Origin: an uncultured Methylomirabilota bacterium
GTDB lineage: Bacteria > Methylomirabilota > Methylomirabilia > Methylomirabilales > 2-02-FULL-66-22
Assembly (NCBI GenBank): GCA_963845565.1
Contig: CAWJSJ010000001.1
Span: 352,001-416,000, forward strand
Reading direction: 5' to 3'
DNA length: 64,000 bases
This document shows, in pieces, positions 19,607 to 29,338 of this stretch. The notes below the pieces were generated by a model, which was not told where the DNA came from, made no database searches, and worked only from the letters and a program-made list of their open reading frames with translations. The position numbers and the translations under genes were made by a program. Every line of letters begins with the position of its first letter. The first letter of the stretch is position 1.

Positions 19607-20644
19607 ATGAGTGATAAATGGGTAGACCGCAAAGCGGCCGCCTGGCACGCCCTATGGGATCGATGCCCCGGTTTGGGGTGGCTCCGCACCTGGGGGGTGT
19701 CCGGTATCTCCATCTGCTCGGGGCTGGTCACCCTTCTCATTTTTCGCCGCGGAATAGAGTATTTTCCGTTGGTTATCGGCTATCTCCTCTTACTGTGGCT
19801 GGCGGGCGTGCTGTTGGCGGAGCACCGCCAGCGCCTGTCCGAACGGGCGCCGCGGGCGGTAACGACGGCCATCGACTATACGGTCCAGACCCTGCTGCAT
19901 GGCCTGCTGCTCTTTCTGTTGCCCATTTACTACGCCAGCACGACACTGACTTCCGGGAACGTCTGGTTTTTGCTCGTCCTGGTCGGTTCCAGCATCCTGA
20001 CAACCATCGACCCGTGGTATCGGACTGTGACCGAACAGGCTCGGTGGGTCGAGTCCGCGCTCTTTGGGCTCGGGTTGTTTTCCGCGCTGAATGTGGCTTT
20101 TCCTCTCGTCGGGGTGGCGAGCGGCACGGCGCTCCTCCTGAGCGGCTCCGCGAGCGTGCTGGCTCTCAGCCCCATCTTCCGCCGGGGCCTGGGTGCGGGG
20201 TGGGCGGCGGCGGCGCTGCGGGCCGGGTGCGGGGCGGTGGCCATCGCCATCGGTCTGTGGCTGGTGCGCGAGTGGATGCCGCCGGTTCCACTGCACCTGA
20301 CCCACTACACTTTTGCCAGGGCCGTGGACCAATTGGAGCCAGTGGAGCCCGCCGTCCGGATCGCTCGGGAGACACTGCAGGCCTGGGGGAAATTGTTCGC
20401 CTATACCGCGGTCGCGGCTCCTGCCGGACTTCGTGAGCCGGTGCACCACGCCTGGCAGAAGAACGGGCGGACCGTGGCGGTCATGCCTTCCACCACGGTG
20501 CAGGGTGGGCGACGGGGCGGGTTTCGGGTCTATTCCTGGAAGGCTGACCTCGGGGCCGACCCGGCGGGCGTGTGGCAGGTCGAGGTGCGCACGGCAGGTG
20601 GCCAACTCATCGGCCGGGCTCAGTTGCTGGTCACCGATCCATAG
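19607..20644 (+). CDS. Membrane protein with C-terminal DUF2914-like domain
   Basis: Multiple TM helices; C-terminal GGRRGGFRVYSWK...GVWQVEVRTAGGQLIGR. Confidence 0.65.
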   Translation: MSDKWVDRKAAAWHALWDRCPGLGWLRTWGVSGISICSGLVTLLIFRRGIEYFPLVIGYLLLLWLAGVLLAEHRQRLSERAPRAVTTAIDYTVQTLLHGLLLFLLPIYYASTTLTSGNVWFLLVLVGSSILTTIDPWYRTVTEQARWVESALFGLGLFSALNVAFPLVGVASGTALLLSGSASVLALSPIFRRGLGAGWAAAALRAGCGAVAIAIGLWLVREWMPPVPLHLTHYTFARAVDQLEPVEPAVRIARETLQAWGKLFAYTAVAAPAGLREPVHHAWQKNGRTVAVMPSTTVQGGRRGGFRVYSWKADLGADPAGVWQVEVRTAGGQLIGRAQLLVTDP

Positions 20645-22029
20645 TCGCCACCGGCGAAAGCGGACGGCGGGGGCGGGGCGGATCTGGTCTGCCTACGCGC
20701 CGCTCGGATCCACAGCGCGACCTGCGACGCGCTGGGGGGTCGCTCGGCGACGGCTGCCCGCCAGCGTGGAAGTAACAGCGGAGGGACGCACTGCGCCAGC
20801 TCTTCCACGGTGGCGATGTCCAGACGCCTGAGCGCATTGTAGTTCACGGCGCCGAGTCCCTGGAGATCCACCAGCGCGGCCGCGGCGCGCAGCGTCTGTA
20901 GCTCGCCCTCCGGGACCTGACTTTGGCGGGAGAGCCGCGTGATGCGCTCCGCCGTGTCGGTATGCCGGAGCAGCGCCGGCGGCGTCTTCACGCCGGATTG
21001 CCCCAGTCGCTCCACGACATCCCCGGGCACCCCCTCCATCGCCGCCAGCGTCGGCGCGACGCTCTTGACCGTCCATCGGTCGATGCCCGCATAGGTGAAG
21101 CCGTTGAACGCCAGCGCCAGCGCGATGGCGGGGACGGCGATGCCGAGCGGTGTGCCGCGACCGGCCGAGTCCGAGGTTTCCCAGTTTCGTCCCCGGCGGA
21201 TGACGTTCAGTAGATTGACGAGCACATAGGACGTGACCGCAAACGCCGGGAAACCGAGAAACCCGAGCGGGGGCATCTCGAACCACTTCAGGTCTTCGAG
21301 GTGGGGGACAGTGTAGAGCCACTTCGTGTAGGCCCAGAAGTTCCAGAACTCCCACAGTCCTCCGCAGACAAAACCCGCCAGCAACAACCGCAGCAAGGGC
21401 CGAGGGTCTCCACGCTCAAGCTGCCGGGCGAGCGAGACGGTCCGGGGGCTCGCCCAGTAACACAGCGGCTCCCCCAGGAAGATCGCGAAACCCCAAATCA
21501 GCGGGAAGGCGACCCTGGGCCAGACGAGTGGAGCGATGAGCATCCCGAGGCCGAGTATTACCGATCCGGCCAGGCCGACAGAGGCGATCCGCCGGGGGCG
21601 CATCTTGATCCCGTTGGCGACTCCGTACGCGTCCAGAAGTAGATAGGTTTCGAAAAGCGCCGGAAGGACGGTTGCGTATGAGATAAAGTTAAATAACAAG
21701 GCGAGGGGCTGGTCGGCAGGTGTATTGACGTAGAACCAGTTCTGGAGTCGAAAGTTCAGCAACTCGAACAGGTTCCATAGGGGGACGGACCAGAAGGCCA
21801 GAAACCAGAACTCCCACGGGCGGCTCCGCAAGAGCGATGCCCCGCACCGTCTCCACGCGCAGGCGTCGATGAGGAGGATGTACGACCACCAAGCGATGCC
21901 GTAAAAGAACATCGGGATCGGGGCGACGTCGAGGAAAAGGCCCGCCTTCCCGGCGAGGAGACTCGCCATCCCGACCCACCCATACCATGGGAGAGTGCGC
22001 TCGTCCGATCCGCGGGAACCGCCCGGCAC
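20620..22029 (-). CDS. Polytopic membrane protein with C-terminal DUF4332-like helix-hairpin-helix domain
   Basis: AAGGAGG RBS before GTG 22029. WNLFELLN..NWFY, GLWEFWNFWAYTKWLY, FEMPPLGFLGF; C-terminal EGV..G...L...GV and QGLG..L..L HhH-like repeats. Confidence 0.7.
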   Translation of the reverse strand: MPGGSRGSDERTLPWYGWVGMASLLAGKAGLFLDVAPIPMFFYGIAWWSYILLIDACAWRRCGASLLRSRPWEFWFLAFWSVPLWNLFELLNFRLQNWFYVNTPADQPLALLFNFISYATVLPALFETYLLLDAYGVANGIKMRPRRIASVGLAGSVILGLGMLIAPLVWPRVAFPLIWGFAIFLGEPLCYWASPRTVSLARQLERGDPRPLLRLLLAGFVCGGLWEFWNFWAYTKWLYTVPHLEDLKWFEMPPLGFLGFPAFAVTSYVLVNLLNVIRRGRNWETSDSAGRGTPLGIAVPAIALALAFNGFTYAGIDRWTVKSVAPTLAAMEGVPGDVVERLGQSGVKTPPALLRHTDTAERITRLSRQSQVPEGELQTLRAAAALVDLQGLGAVNYNALRRLDIATVEELAQCVPPLLLPRWRAAVAERPPSASQVALWIRAARRQTRSAPPPPSAFAGGDYGSVTSN

Positions 22030-22207
22030 GTTTTCCGCCCTCCTTTCGTGCCATTCTACCTCCGGTGCACGCGATGGCAAGTCTTTCCCCGTTGTGCCGC
22101 CGCTTGCCTTTACCGGATAGCTCGGGTATTCTTTGGCGGTCATGCATCCAAACGCCCGACCGACCGATCAAGCCTCTTGCGGCGTCTCCTCGACAACGAG
22201 ACGTGCC

Positions 22208-23830
22208 GTGCGGCGCATTCTTCTTGGCGGCCTCCTCGCCATTCTGTGGTCTGGTGTGGCTTGTGCCGGCGAGGACACGCAGCTCGAGGCGAGTATCCTC
22301 CGGGTCAAGCCGGCGGTGGTGCTGATCAGCAGCGAGGTGGGGGCCGAGGTGGCGATCAGTTGCGGGATTGGCCCCATTCACCAGGTGCGGCCCGACCCCC
22401 TCTACGAGACAGGGAGCGGCTTCATCCTGCATCCGGATGGTTTCATCGCGACCAACGGCCACGTCGTCGAGCGCTTTTATGAGATGAACGAGCAGCGACT
22501 CGCCAAGGAGTTCCTCGAAAAAGCCGCGGTGGACGCGTGCGGGCCGGCGCTGGCCATGGTGCCCGAGGGGGCGCGAAAGGAGCGGCTCCGCGCGATCGTG
22601 GACGACCCGGCGAACCGGGGCAAGGTCCGTTTGGTGAAGAAGCTCCACGTGCATCTGTCCACCGGAAAGATCTACGGCGCCGAGGTCAAGGCGTACAGTC
22701 CGGCCATCAAGCCGGAGGGGATCACGGCGGGCAAGAGCGCCTCGGAGGGCGGGAAGCCGGAGGCGGAGCGATCCGGAAAGGACATCGCCATCCTGAAGAT
22801 CGCCGAACGCGATCTGCCGACGCTGCGGCTCGCCCCGAGCAGCGGCATGCTGAAACTGGGCGAGCAGATCTTCGTGATCGGTTATCCGGGCGTGGTCTTG
22901 AATCACGATTTCCTCAGCCGGAAGTCGCAACTCGAGGCATCGGTGACGGTGGGGCGGGTGTCGGGTTTCAAGATCGACGTCAACGATCGCAAGGTGATCC
23001 AGACCGATGCCGCCATCACCTGGGGTAACAGCGGCGGGCCGGCCTTCAATTTCCAGGGGGACGTCATCGGCGTGGCCACGTTCATCTCCACCACCCTGGA
23101 GGGCGATCAGGCCGTGCAGGGGTTCAATTTCCTCGTTCCGGGGGACGCGGTGCGCGACTTCTGCGGCATGATCGGCCTGACGCCGACCTCGGATACCCGG
23201 TTTATGAAGGAATGGGAACAGGGGGTCGCCGCCTATTTCCGCGGCGAGTACCAGCGGAGCCTCGGACATCTGAATACCGCCGAGAAGATCATGCCTGGTT
23301 TTCCGGATATTCAACGGCTGCGCGCCTATGTGCAGATGCGCGTGGACAAGCGCCCCCGCTTCATGCAGCGCGGGAAGACCGTCGGCCTGGGGGTCGGCGC
23401 CGTCCTGGTGGGCGTCCTGGTGATCGTGGGCGTGCGACGATATGCCACCGCACGGGCGAACGGCGGTCCCGCGGTCGTTCAACGCATCGGCGCGGACGAG
23501 ATTCGCCGGCGTCTGGAGACGGGAACGGGCGTCGCCCTGGTGGATGCCCGGCACGGGGCGGCGTTCGACATGTCGCCGGTCCAGGCGGCAGGCGCGGTGC
23601 ACTTTGACATCGATCACCCAGACGTTGAGGCGCTCCGGGTGCACGTGAAACCCGACGGCGAGGTCGTCGCCTATTGCACCTGACCCGACGAGGCCACCAG
23701 CGCCCGTGTGGCGCTGCAGTTGATGCGGGCGGGTTTCCATCGGGTCTCGGTGGTGCGCGGTGGGCTCCCGGCGCTGATGGAAGAAGGGGTGACCGTGGCG
23801 CCAAAGGACACCCCGACGGCCGCCGTGTGA
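22208..23830 (+). CDS. Probable selenoprotein: signal peptide - trypsin-like serine protease - helical/TPR-like region - TM - rhodanese domain with C-T-U loop (TGA 23681-23683)
   Basis: Triad ATNGHVV / KDIAILK / GNSGGP. After YCT-TGA the frame continues PDEATSARVALQLMRAGFHRVSVVRGGLPAL..., completing the rhodanese fold, to TGA 23828-23830. Start uncertain (22142 or 22208). Confidence 0.85.
23698..23716 (+). promoter_or_regulatory. Bacterial SECIS-like stem-loop
   Basis: CAGCGCC-CGTGT-GGCGCTG: 7-bp stem 14 nt after the UGA, with G at loop position 2. Confidence 0.65.
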
Positions 23831-23861
23831 CTGCCGGCTGCCTGGAGGAATCTGACCAGAC

Positions 23862-25037
23862 ATGAGCGACAACGGTACCCTCGCGCGTCGACAAGCGGGA
23901 TCTCGGGCCGGGAAGGGCCGGTGGTGCGGTTCGCCGTGGGCCCGGTGGGTGTGCGCGGCCTGGCTGGCGAGCGCCGCTGTCGGTCTCATGGCCTGGGCAG
24001 CACCCGCGGCCGAGGGGCCGGCGCGGGGTGGAAGCGGCCTCACCCAGGAGGAAGAGACGGTCATCGGGATCTACCGGGCGGCGGGGCCGGGCGTCGTCCA
24101 CATCTCCAGCACGGTGCTGAACCAGGACTTCTTCTTCCGGATCGTACCGGAGCGGGGCACCGGTTCCGGGTTTGTGGTGGATGACACGGGGCTGATCTTG
24201 ACCAATAACCACGTGGTGGAGAACGCGGAGAGTGTGGAGGTCACGTTGGCCGACAAGAGCAAGGTTCCCGCCAAGCTCGTGGGCCGCGACCCGCACAACG
24301 ACGTGGCCGTCATCCGGATCAGCGCTCCGCGGGAGAAGCTGACCCCCCTGCGGCTTGGCGACTCCACGCAATTGCTCGTCGGGCAGATGGCCGTTGCCAT
24401 CGGGAATCCGTTCGGTCTGGATCGTACCCTCACGCGGGGCGTGGTGAGCGCCGTAGGGCGCAGCCTGAAGTCGGAGACCGGCCGGCAGATCCGGAACATG
24501 ATCCAGACCGACGCCGCCATCAATCAAGGGAACTCCGGGGGTCCCCTGCTGAATTCGCGTGGCGAGGTGATCGGCATCAACACCGCCATCTTCACGCCGA
24601 GCGGCGGCTCGGTCGGGATCGGGTTTGCCGTGCCCGTCAACACGGTGAAGAAGATTCTGCCCCAGCTCATCGCCCGCGGCCGGGCGAGTCATCCGTGGCT
24701 GGGGATCAGTGGGAATGACATCACCCCGACCATGGTCAAGGCGCTCTCGCTTCCCGTCAAGGAGGGCGTGATCATCGGCCAGGTCGCGCCCAACGGGCCG
24801 GCGGCGCGTGCGGGCTTGCGGGGATCGCAGCGGCGGGTCCGCGTGGGCAATTACATGGTCAACGTCGGGGGCGACATCATCCAGGCGTTGGACGGTGAGA
24901 AGATCACCACGATGGACGATGCCACCGCGTTTCTCGACGACCGGAAGCGGGTGGGGGATGACGTGACGGTCGAGGGGCTTCGCGACGGGAAGCCGTTTGC
25001 GGTCACCGTGCGACTGGGCGAACTGCCGGAGAACTGA
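23862..25037 (+). CDS. HtrA/DegS-like trypsin serine protease with PDZ domain
   Basis: GTGSGF, LTNNHVV, DVAVIR, QTDAAINQGNSGGPL, PWLGI, GPAARAGL, GDII. Confidence 0.92.
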   Translation: MSDNGTLARRQAGSRAGKGRWCGSPWARWVCAAWLASAAVGLMAWAAPAAEGPARGGSGLTQEEETVIGIYRAAGPGVVHISSTVLNQDFFFRIVPERGTGSGFVVDDTGLILTNNHVVENAESVEVTLADKSKVPAKLVGRDPHNDVAVIRISAPREKLTPLRLGDSTQLLVGQMAVAIGNPFGLDRTLTRGVVSAVGRSLKSETGRQIRNMIQTDAAINQGNSGGPLLNSRGEVIGINTAIFTPSGGSVGIGFAVPVNTVKKILPQLIARGRASHPWLGISGNDITPTMVKALSLPVKEGVIIGQVAPNGPAARAGLRGSQRRVRVGNYMVNVGGDIIQALDGEKITTMDDATAFLDDRKRVGDDVTVEGLRDGKPFAVTVRLGELPEN

Positions 25038-25507
25038 TGGCGACGCTGCGGCGGACACGCATGGTATTCGTCTGGACGGTGGCGCTCTGGTGCTTCCTGC
25101 TCGCGCCGGCCGTCGCGGTGGACGTGAATCCGCCGCTTCCCACCGGAACGATCGTGATCGGCGACCGCGTGACGGTGACCGTGGAGCTGGCTCGATCCGG
25201 CGACGAGAAGGTCCGGGGGTTGAGCGGACGGCCTGGCCTCAAACGCGGCACCGGGATGCTCTTCGTGTACGACCGGCCGCAGCCCATCGGCATCTGGATG
25301 AAGGACATGCGCTTCTCGCTGGACATCCTCTGGATCCGCGAGGGGTCGGTCGTTCACATCGAGCGGAACGCGCCGCCCCTGACCGCGGTCGGGCCGGAGC
25401 GTGTCTACACGGCGACGGGAGACATGGTGCTGGAGGTGCCCGCCGGTTTCACCGCAGACCGGAAGATCAAGGTAGGGGATTCCGTGAAGGCGGACATCCC
25501 GAAATGA
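25037..25507 (+). CDS. DUF192-family exported protein
   Basis: VELAR, RGLSGR, GMLFVY, WMKDMRFSLDILWI, VLEVPAG. Confidence 0.85.
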   Translation: MATLRRTRMVFVWTVALWCFLLAPAVAVDVNPPLPTGTIVIGDRVTVTVELARSGDEKVRGLSGRPGLKRGTGMLFVYDRPQPIGIWMKDMRFSLDILWIREGSVVHIERNAPPLTAVGPERVYTATGDMVLEVPAGFTADRKIKVGDSVKADIPK

Positions 25508-26151
25508 GAGCCGAGAGCCGAGAGCCGAGAGCCGAGAGCGGAGCGGGAACGGCCGCGAGCCGCGAGCCGCGAGCCGCGAGGGTGGGGACCGCGCGGGATC
25601 GGAATGGCCTGGCGGCGGGCGCTGTACTCGTGTTCCTATCGCTTGTCCTCTCCTGCCTTCCGGCCGCCGCTGCCAAGGCCGGCAGCGATCCGCTGCAGGC
25701 GCTTGGTCTTCAAGCGCCCAAGGAGGCGGTGGACGCGCCCGATTTTTCGCTGCCCGATCTATCCGGGAAGCAGATCCCACTGAAGCAGCTCAGGGGAAAG
25801 TTGGTGTTCCTGAATTTCTTCGCGACCTGGTGCGGGCCCTGCCGTGAAGAGATGCCCGGCATGGAGCGGCTTCACCGGGCTCACCAGGGCAACGGCCTGG
25901 TGGTGCTGTCCGTGAACGTCCAGGAAAGCGCAAAAACGATTCGTCCGTTCTTGCAGGCCCTCAAGCTGTCGTTCCCGACGGTCATGGATGCCGAGGGGGC
26001 GGTCAGCCGGGAGTATGGTGTCCGGGCGCTTCCGGTGAGTTTTCTCATCGGGCGCGACGGCAAGATCGTCTGGCGCGCGATCGGGGGGCGGGACTGGGAG
26101 AGCCCTCAGGCGCGACAATACTTCACGCAACTGGTGGCGGAGAAGCGATGA
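25504..26151 (+). CDS. TlpA/ResA-family periplasmic thioredoxin
   Basis: APDFSLPDL, LNFFATWCGPCREEMP, YGVRALPVSFLI. Start is ATG 25504 (ATGA overlap) or GTG 25582. Confidence 0.9.
   Translation: MRAESREPRAESGAGTAASREPRAARVGTARDRNGLAAGAVLVFLSLVLSCLPAAAAKAGSDPLQALGLQAPKEAVDAPDFSLPDLSGKQIPLKQLRGKLVFLNFFATWCGPCREEMPGMERLHRAHQGNGLVVLSVNVQESAKTIRPFLQALKLSFPTVMDAEGAVSREYGVRALPVSFLIGRDGKIVWRAIGGRDWESPQARQYFTQLVAEKR
25506..25580 (+). repeat. Two heptamer tandem repeats: (GAGAGCC)x~5 and (GCCGCGA)x4
   Basis: Directly visible at 25506-25539 and 25552-25579. Confidence 0.9.
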
Positions 26152-26208
26152 TCCCCCCTCCGCCGGGTCGGAATTCCGCCTGCCCGGTTCGGCAACGAAA
26201 GGACAGGG

Positions 26209-26967
26209 ATGCCTGGCGCTGAACTCAACGTCCTGCTGGCGATGGCGGCCGGACTGCTCTCCTTTCTCTCGCCCTGCGTGCTGCCGCTCTTGCCGTCATA
26301 CCTCTCCTTCATCGCGGGGCTCTCTTTCGAGGAGCTCCAGGGAACGGTGGCCAATCCGCGGACGCGCCGGGCGATTCTGGTCAACTCGCTCCTCTTCGTC
26401 CTGGGGTTCTCGATCGTCTTCATCGCCCTGGGTGCGGGCGCGACGCTGGTGGGGCAGGCCCTGTTCCAGTATCAAGTCCTGATCCGGCGGATCGGCGGCG
26501 GCTTCGTGGTCCTCATGGGGCTGTACGTGGCCGGGTGGCTTCGCATTCCATTCCTGATGCGGGAGTGGCGGGCGGAGCTGTCCAGTCGGCCGGCGGGTCG
26601 CCTCGGCGCGGTCGTGACCGGCATCACCTTCGCGGCCGGCTGGACCCCCTGCATCGGGCCGATCTTGGGATCGATTCTGACGCTGGCATCGGTGACCCAG
26701 ACCGCCTGGACGGGGATTCTGATGCTGGCGGCGTATTCGCTTGGGCTGGCGATCCCCTTCCTGCTCAGCTCGCTCATGATCGACCGCTTCCTGGTGTTCT
26801 TCGATCGCTTCAAGCGGTTCTTTCCGGTGGTGACCCGGGTGAGCGGAATCATCCTGATTGCGGTGGGGCTGCTCCTGCTGACGGACTACTTTGCGGTGTT
26901 GAGCCGGCTGGCGTTCTCCCTCACGCCAGACTGGCTGTTTGCCATCGAGCGGAGTCTGCTGCGGTAA
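26209..26967 (+). CDS. ccdA: CcdA-type membrane disulfide reductase
   Basis: AGLLSFLSPCVLPL and GWTPCIGPILG. Confidence 0.9.
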   Translation: MPGAELNVLLAMAAGLLSFLSPCVLPLLPSYLSFIAGLSFEELQGTVANPRTRRAILVNSLLFVLGFSIVFIALGAGATLVGQALFQYQVLIRRIGGGFVVLMGLYVAGWLRIPFLMREWRAELSSRPAGRLGAVVTGITFAAGWTPCIGPILGSILTLASVTQTAWTGILMLAAYSLGLAIPFLLSSLMIDRFLVFFDRFKRFFPVVTRVSGIILIAVGLLLLTDYFAVLSRLAFSLTPDWLFAIERSLLR

Positions 26968-27079
26968 GAACCGGTCTCCGTGTTTCGCGGGGGTGAGCCC
27001 GTCCGGCCTGCGCCTGGGTTGAGACGCCGCCGTGGGGTTGGCCGGTCCTGTCGGAGGTCGAGGTCGGGAGGTGTGACGG

Positions 27080-27742
27080 GTGGCCAAGAAGAAGCCCCAG
27101 CGGAGGGACGATCCGCCGGAACCGGCAGCCGAACGCCCGCGGGTTTCCGGCATCCTGGCGGGCCGGCCGACGACGGCGGGGGTGATCTGGCTGGTAGTGA
27201 TTCTCTTGGTCATCGGTATCTCCGCCGGCTACCTGGTGTCGCGGTTTGCGGGATCGAGCGGCCCGACCGCCGGCACGGCGACACCAGACCCGACGTTTCC
27301 CTGGCGGGCGCGTCTGCTGCAGGATCCCAAGGACGTGGAGGCGCTGCTGGCTCTGGCCCACGTCGAGCTCGACCGCCAACAGGTGGACGAGGCGGAAACA
27401 CTCTATCGGCAGGTGCTGTCGCTCCAGCCGAAGAACGTGGAGGCGATCACGCACCTCGGGACGGTGATGCTGGTGCGCGGCCAGACGGGCGCGGCGCTCC
27501 GGCAGTACAACCAGGCGCTGGCGATTCAACCCGACTACCTCCACGCCCTCTGGGACAAAGGCAGCCTGCAGCAACAGGTGCTGCAAGACTACCCGGCAGC
27601 GATCAAAACCTGGGAAGTCTTCCTGCGGACGGCGGGCCCGGAGAGTCCGGACGGCAAGACGGCGCAGCAATTCATCGCCGAGGCCCGGGAGGCGATGAAG
27701 AAGGCGTCCCCGGTGGATAAGGCGTTCGGCGGGACATCCTAG
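27080..27742 (+). CDS. Membrane-anchored TPR protein
   Basis: N-terminal TM helix followed by TPR-like repeats (DPKDVEAL, QPKNVEAI, QPDYLHAL). Confidence 0.8.
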   Translation: MAKKKPQRRDDPPEPAAERPRVSGILAGRPTTAGVIWLVVILLVIGISAGYLVSRFAGSSGPTAGTATPDPTFPWRARLLQDPKDVEALLALAHVELDRQQVDEAETLYRQVLSLQPKNVEAITHLGTVMLVRGQTGAALRQYNQALAIQPDYLHALWDKGSLQQQVLQDYPAAIKTWEVFLRTAGPESPDGKTAQQFIAEAREAMKKASPVDKAFGGTS

Positions 27743-27888
27743 CGCCAACGCGGAACGACACCTGTGGTATAGTACCAGGCCGCGCTTCGAGCACGCGAGG
27801 CGCGGCCTTGGTGTGTCTGGCAGCCACTGACGATGGGCCGTCGCCGGGGGCCGCTCGTCCACGGTCTATTCACTTGTCTCGTACGCTC

Positions 27889-29253
27889 ATGACGCTGCGC
27901 CAACGCATGAAGTCCGTCATCAATGGGACAGGCGATCAGCGGGCGATCCGCGGCGCCGTCCTGACCCTCGCACTCCCCATCGTCGGAAGCGACCTGCTGC
28001 AGCGCGGCGTCAACGTGGTGGATGCGCTCCTGGTGGGTCGGCTTGGCGCTGCGGAACTGGCGGCGGTGGGCCTCTCCCAACTGCTCCTGATGTTCGTGAT
28101 GGCGCTGGTGTACGGGCTGGGCGTCGGGGCAACGGTCATGGTCGCGTTCCACACCGGCGCGACGGACGAGCGGCGACGGGCGTGGGCGGCACGCACAGTG
28201 TTGGTGGTCGGTGGGGCGGCGACTCTCATCCTGGGGAGCGGCGGGATCGTATGGTCGCGAGCGGCAGTGGCCTTCATGGGTGCGGATGGACGGCTGCTCG
28301 ATTTGACACTGACGTACCTGCACGTCACCTGGTATCTCTTTGGTGCCTATGTCTTCCTGCACCTCATGTCCGCCATCTTTCAGGGTGTGGGTGACACGCG
28401 GACGCCGCTCAAGGCCATGGTGTGGGTGAATGTCCTGCACGTCGTGGTGGCGATTCCACTCATCTACGGCTTGGTCGGATGTCCGCGTTTGGGCGTGGCG
28501 GGGGCCGCTCTGGCATCCGGGCTCTCGGAAGCGGCCGGTGCCGGGTGGCTGCTCTGGGTGGCAGCGCGGCGCGGGATCTTCGGGGCCCGCCGGCTCGGCT
28601 GGAGTCAGCGTGAGCTCTGGCGGATTTTGCGGGTGGGACTTCCGGCGGCGGGGGAGCGGCTCATCACGCACGGGATGCAGCTCGTGTTCGCCCGGATCGT
28701 GATTCACTTCGGGGTCGCCGCCTACGCGGCGCACCAGGTGGGGCTGAATATCGAGTCGCTTTCGTTCTTGCCCGGGATGGGGTTTGCCAAGGCCGCCACT
28801 GCCCTGGTGGGGCAACGGCTGGGGGCCCAAGATGCCGAGGGCGCGCGGCGCGCGGCGCGCGAGGCGAACCGGCTCGCACTGACCATCATGAGCATTTGGG
28901 GCGTGGCCTTTATTCTGTTCCCCCACACCTGGGTGGCTTTCTTCACCGCAGACCCGGAGGTGCTCGGCTACAGTGTGCCCCTCATGACGGTGATGGGCCT
29001 TCTGCAGCCGCCCCTGGCCGTGTCGATGGTGATCGCCGGAGCGCTCCGCGGGGCCGGCGAAACCCATGTGGTCCTGGCGGCGGCGATCGTCGGCGGGTGG
29101 TGCGTCCGGCTGCCGCTGGCCTATTTCGGCGGCGTCGTAGGGAACCTGGGCATGACCGTGGTGTGGACCACGATGATCCTGGACTGGCTGGTTCGAGGAG
29201 CGATTCTGTCGTGGCGGTTCCGGCGGGTGCGGCTCAAGGAGGTCCGGCTGTAA
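27889..29253 (+). CDS. MATE-family efflux transporter
   Basis: LALPI, VGRLGAAELAAVG, GDTRTPL, LGVAGAALA, LVGQRLGA, LRGAGET. Confidence 0.9.
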   Translation: MTLRQRMKSVINGTGDQRAIRGAVLTLALPIVGSDLLQRGVNVVDALLVGRLGAAELAAVGLSQLLLMFVMALVYGLGVGATVMVAFHTGATDERRRAWAARTVLVVGGAATLILGSGGIVWSRAAVAFMGADGRLLDLTLTYLHVTWYLFGAYVFLHLMSAIFQGVGDTRTPLKAMVWVNVLHVVVAIPLIYGLVGCPRLGVAGAALASGLSEAAGAGWLLWVAARRGIFGARRLGWSQRELWRILRVGLPAAGERLITHGMQLVFARIVIHFGVAAYAAHQVGLNIESLSFLPGMGFAKAATALVGQRLGAQDAEGARRAAREANRLALTIMSIWGVAFILFPHTWVAFFTADPEVLGYSVPLMTVMGLLQPPLAVSMVIAGALRGAGETHVVLAAAIVGGWCVRLPLAYFGGVVGNLGMTVVWTTMILDWLVRGAILSWRFRRVRLKEVRL

Positions 29254-29338
29254 TCACACAGGGAGTGCTCACGGCGACAGTGAAGCGGCCGGTGTTCCCA
29301 ACTGTCCCCTCCCTGTCCCTGTCCCTGTCGGATCTCAG

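Noticed and set aside
23674..23865. 63-aa ORF between the two proteases
   Set aside because: Shadow frame of the rhodanese read-through segment.
29302..29329. (CCCTGT)n short repeat between convergent genes
   Set aside because: About three copies, intergenic, with no evident function.
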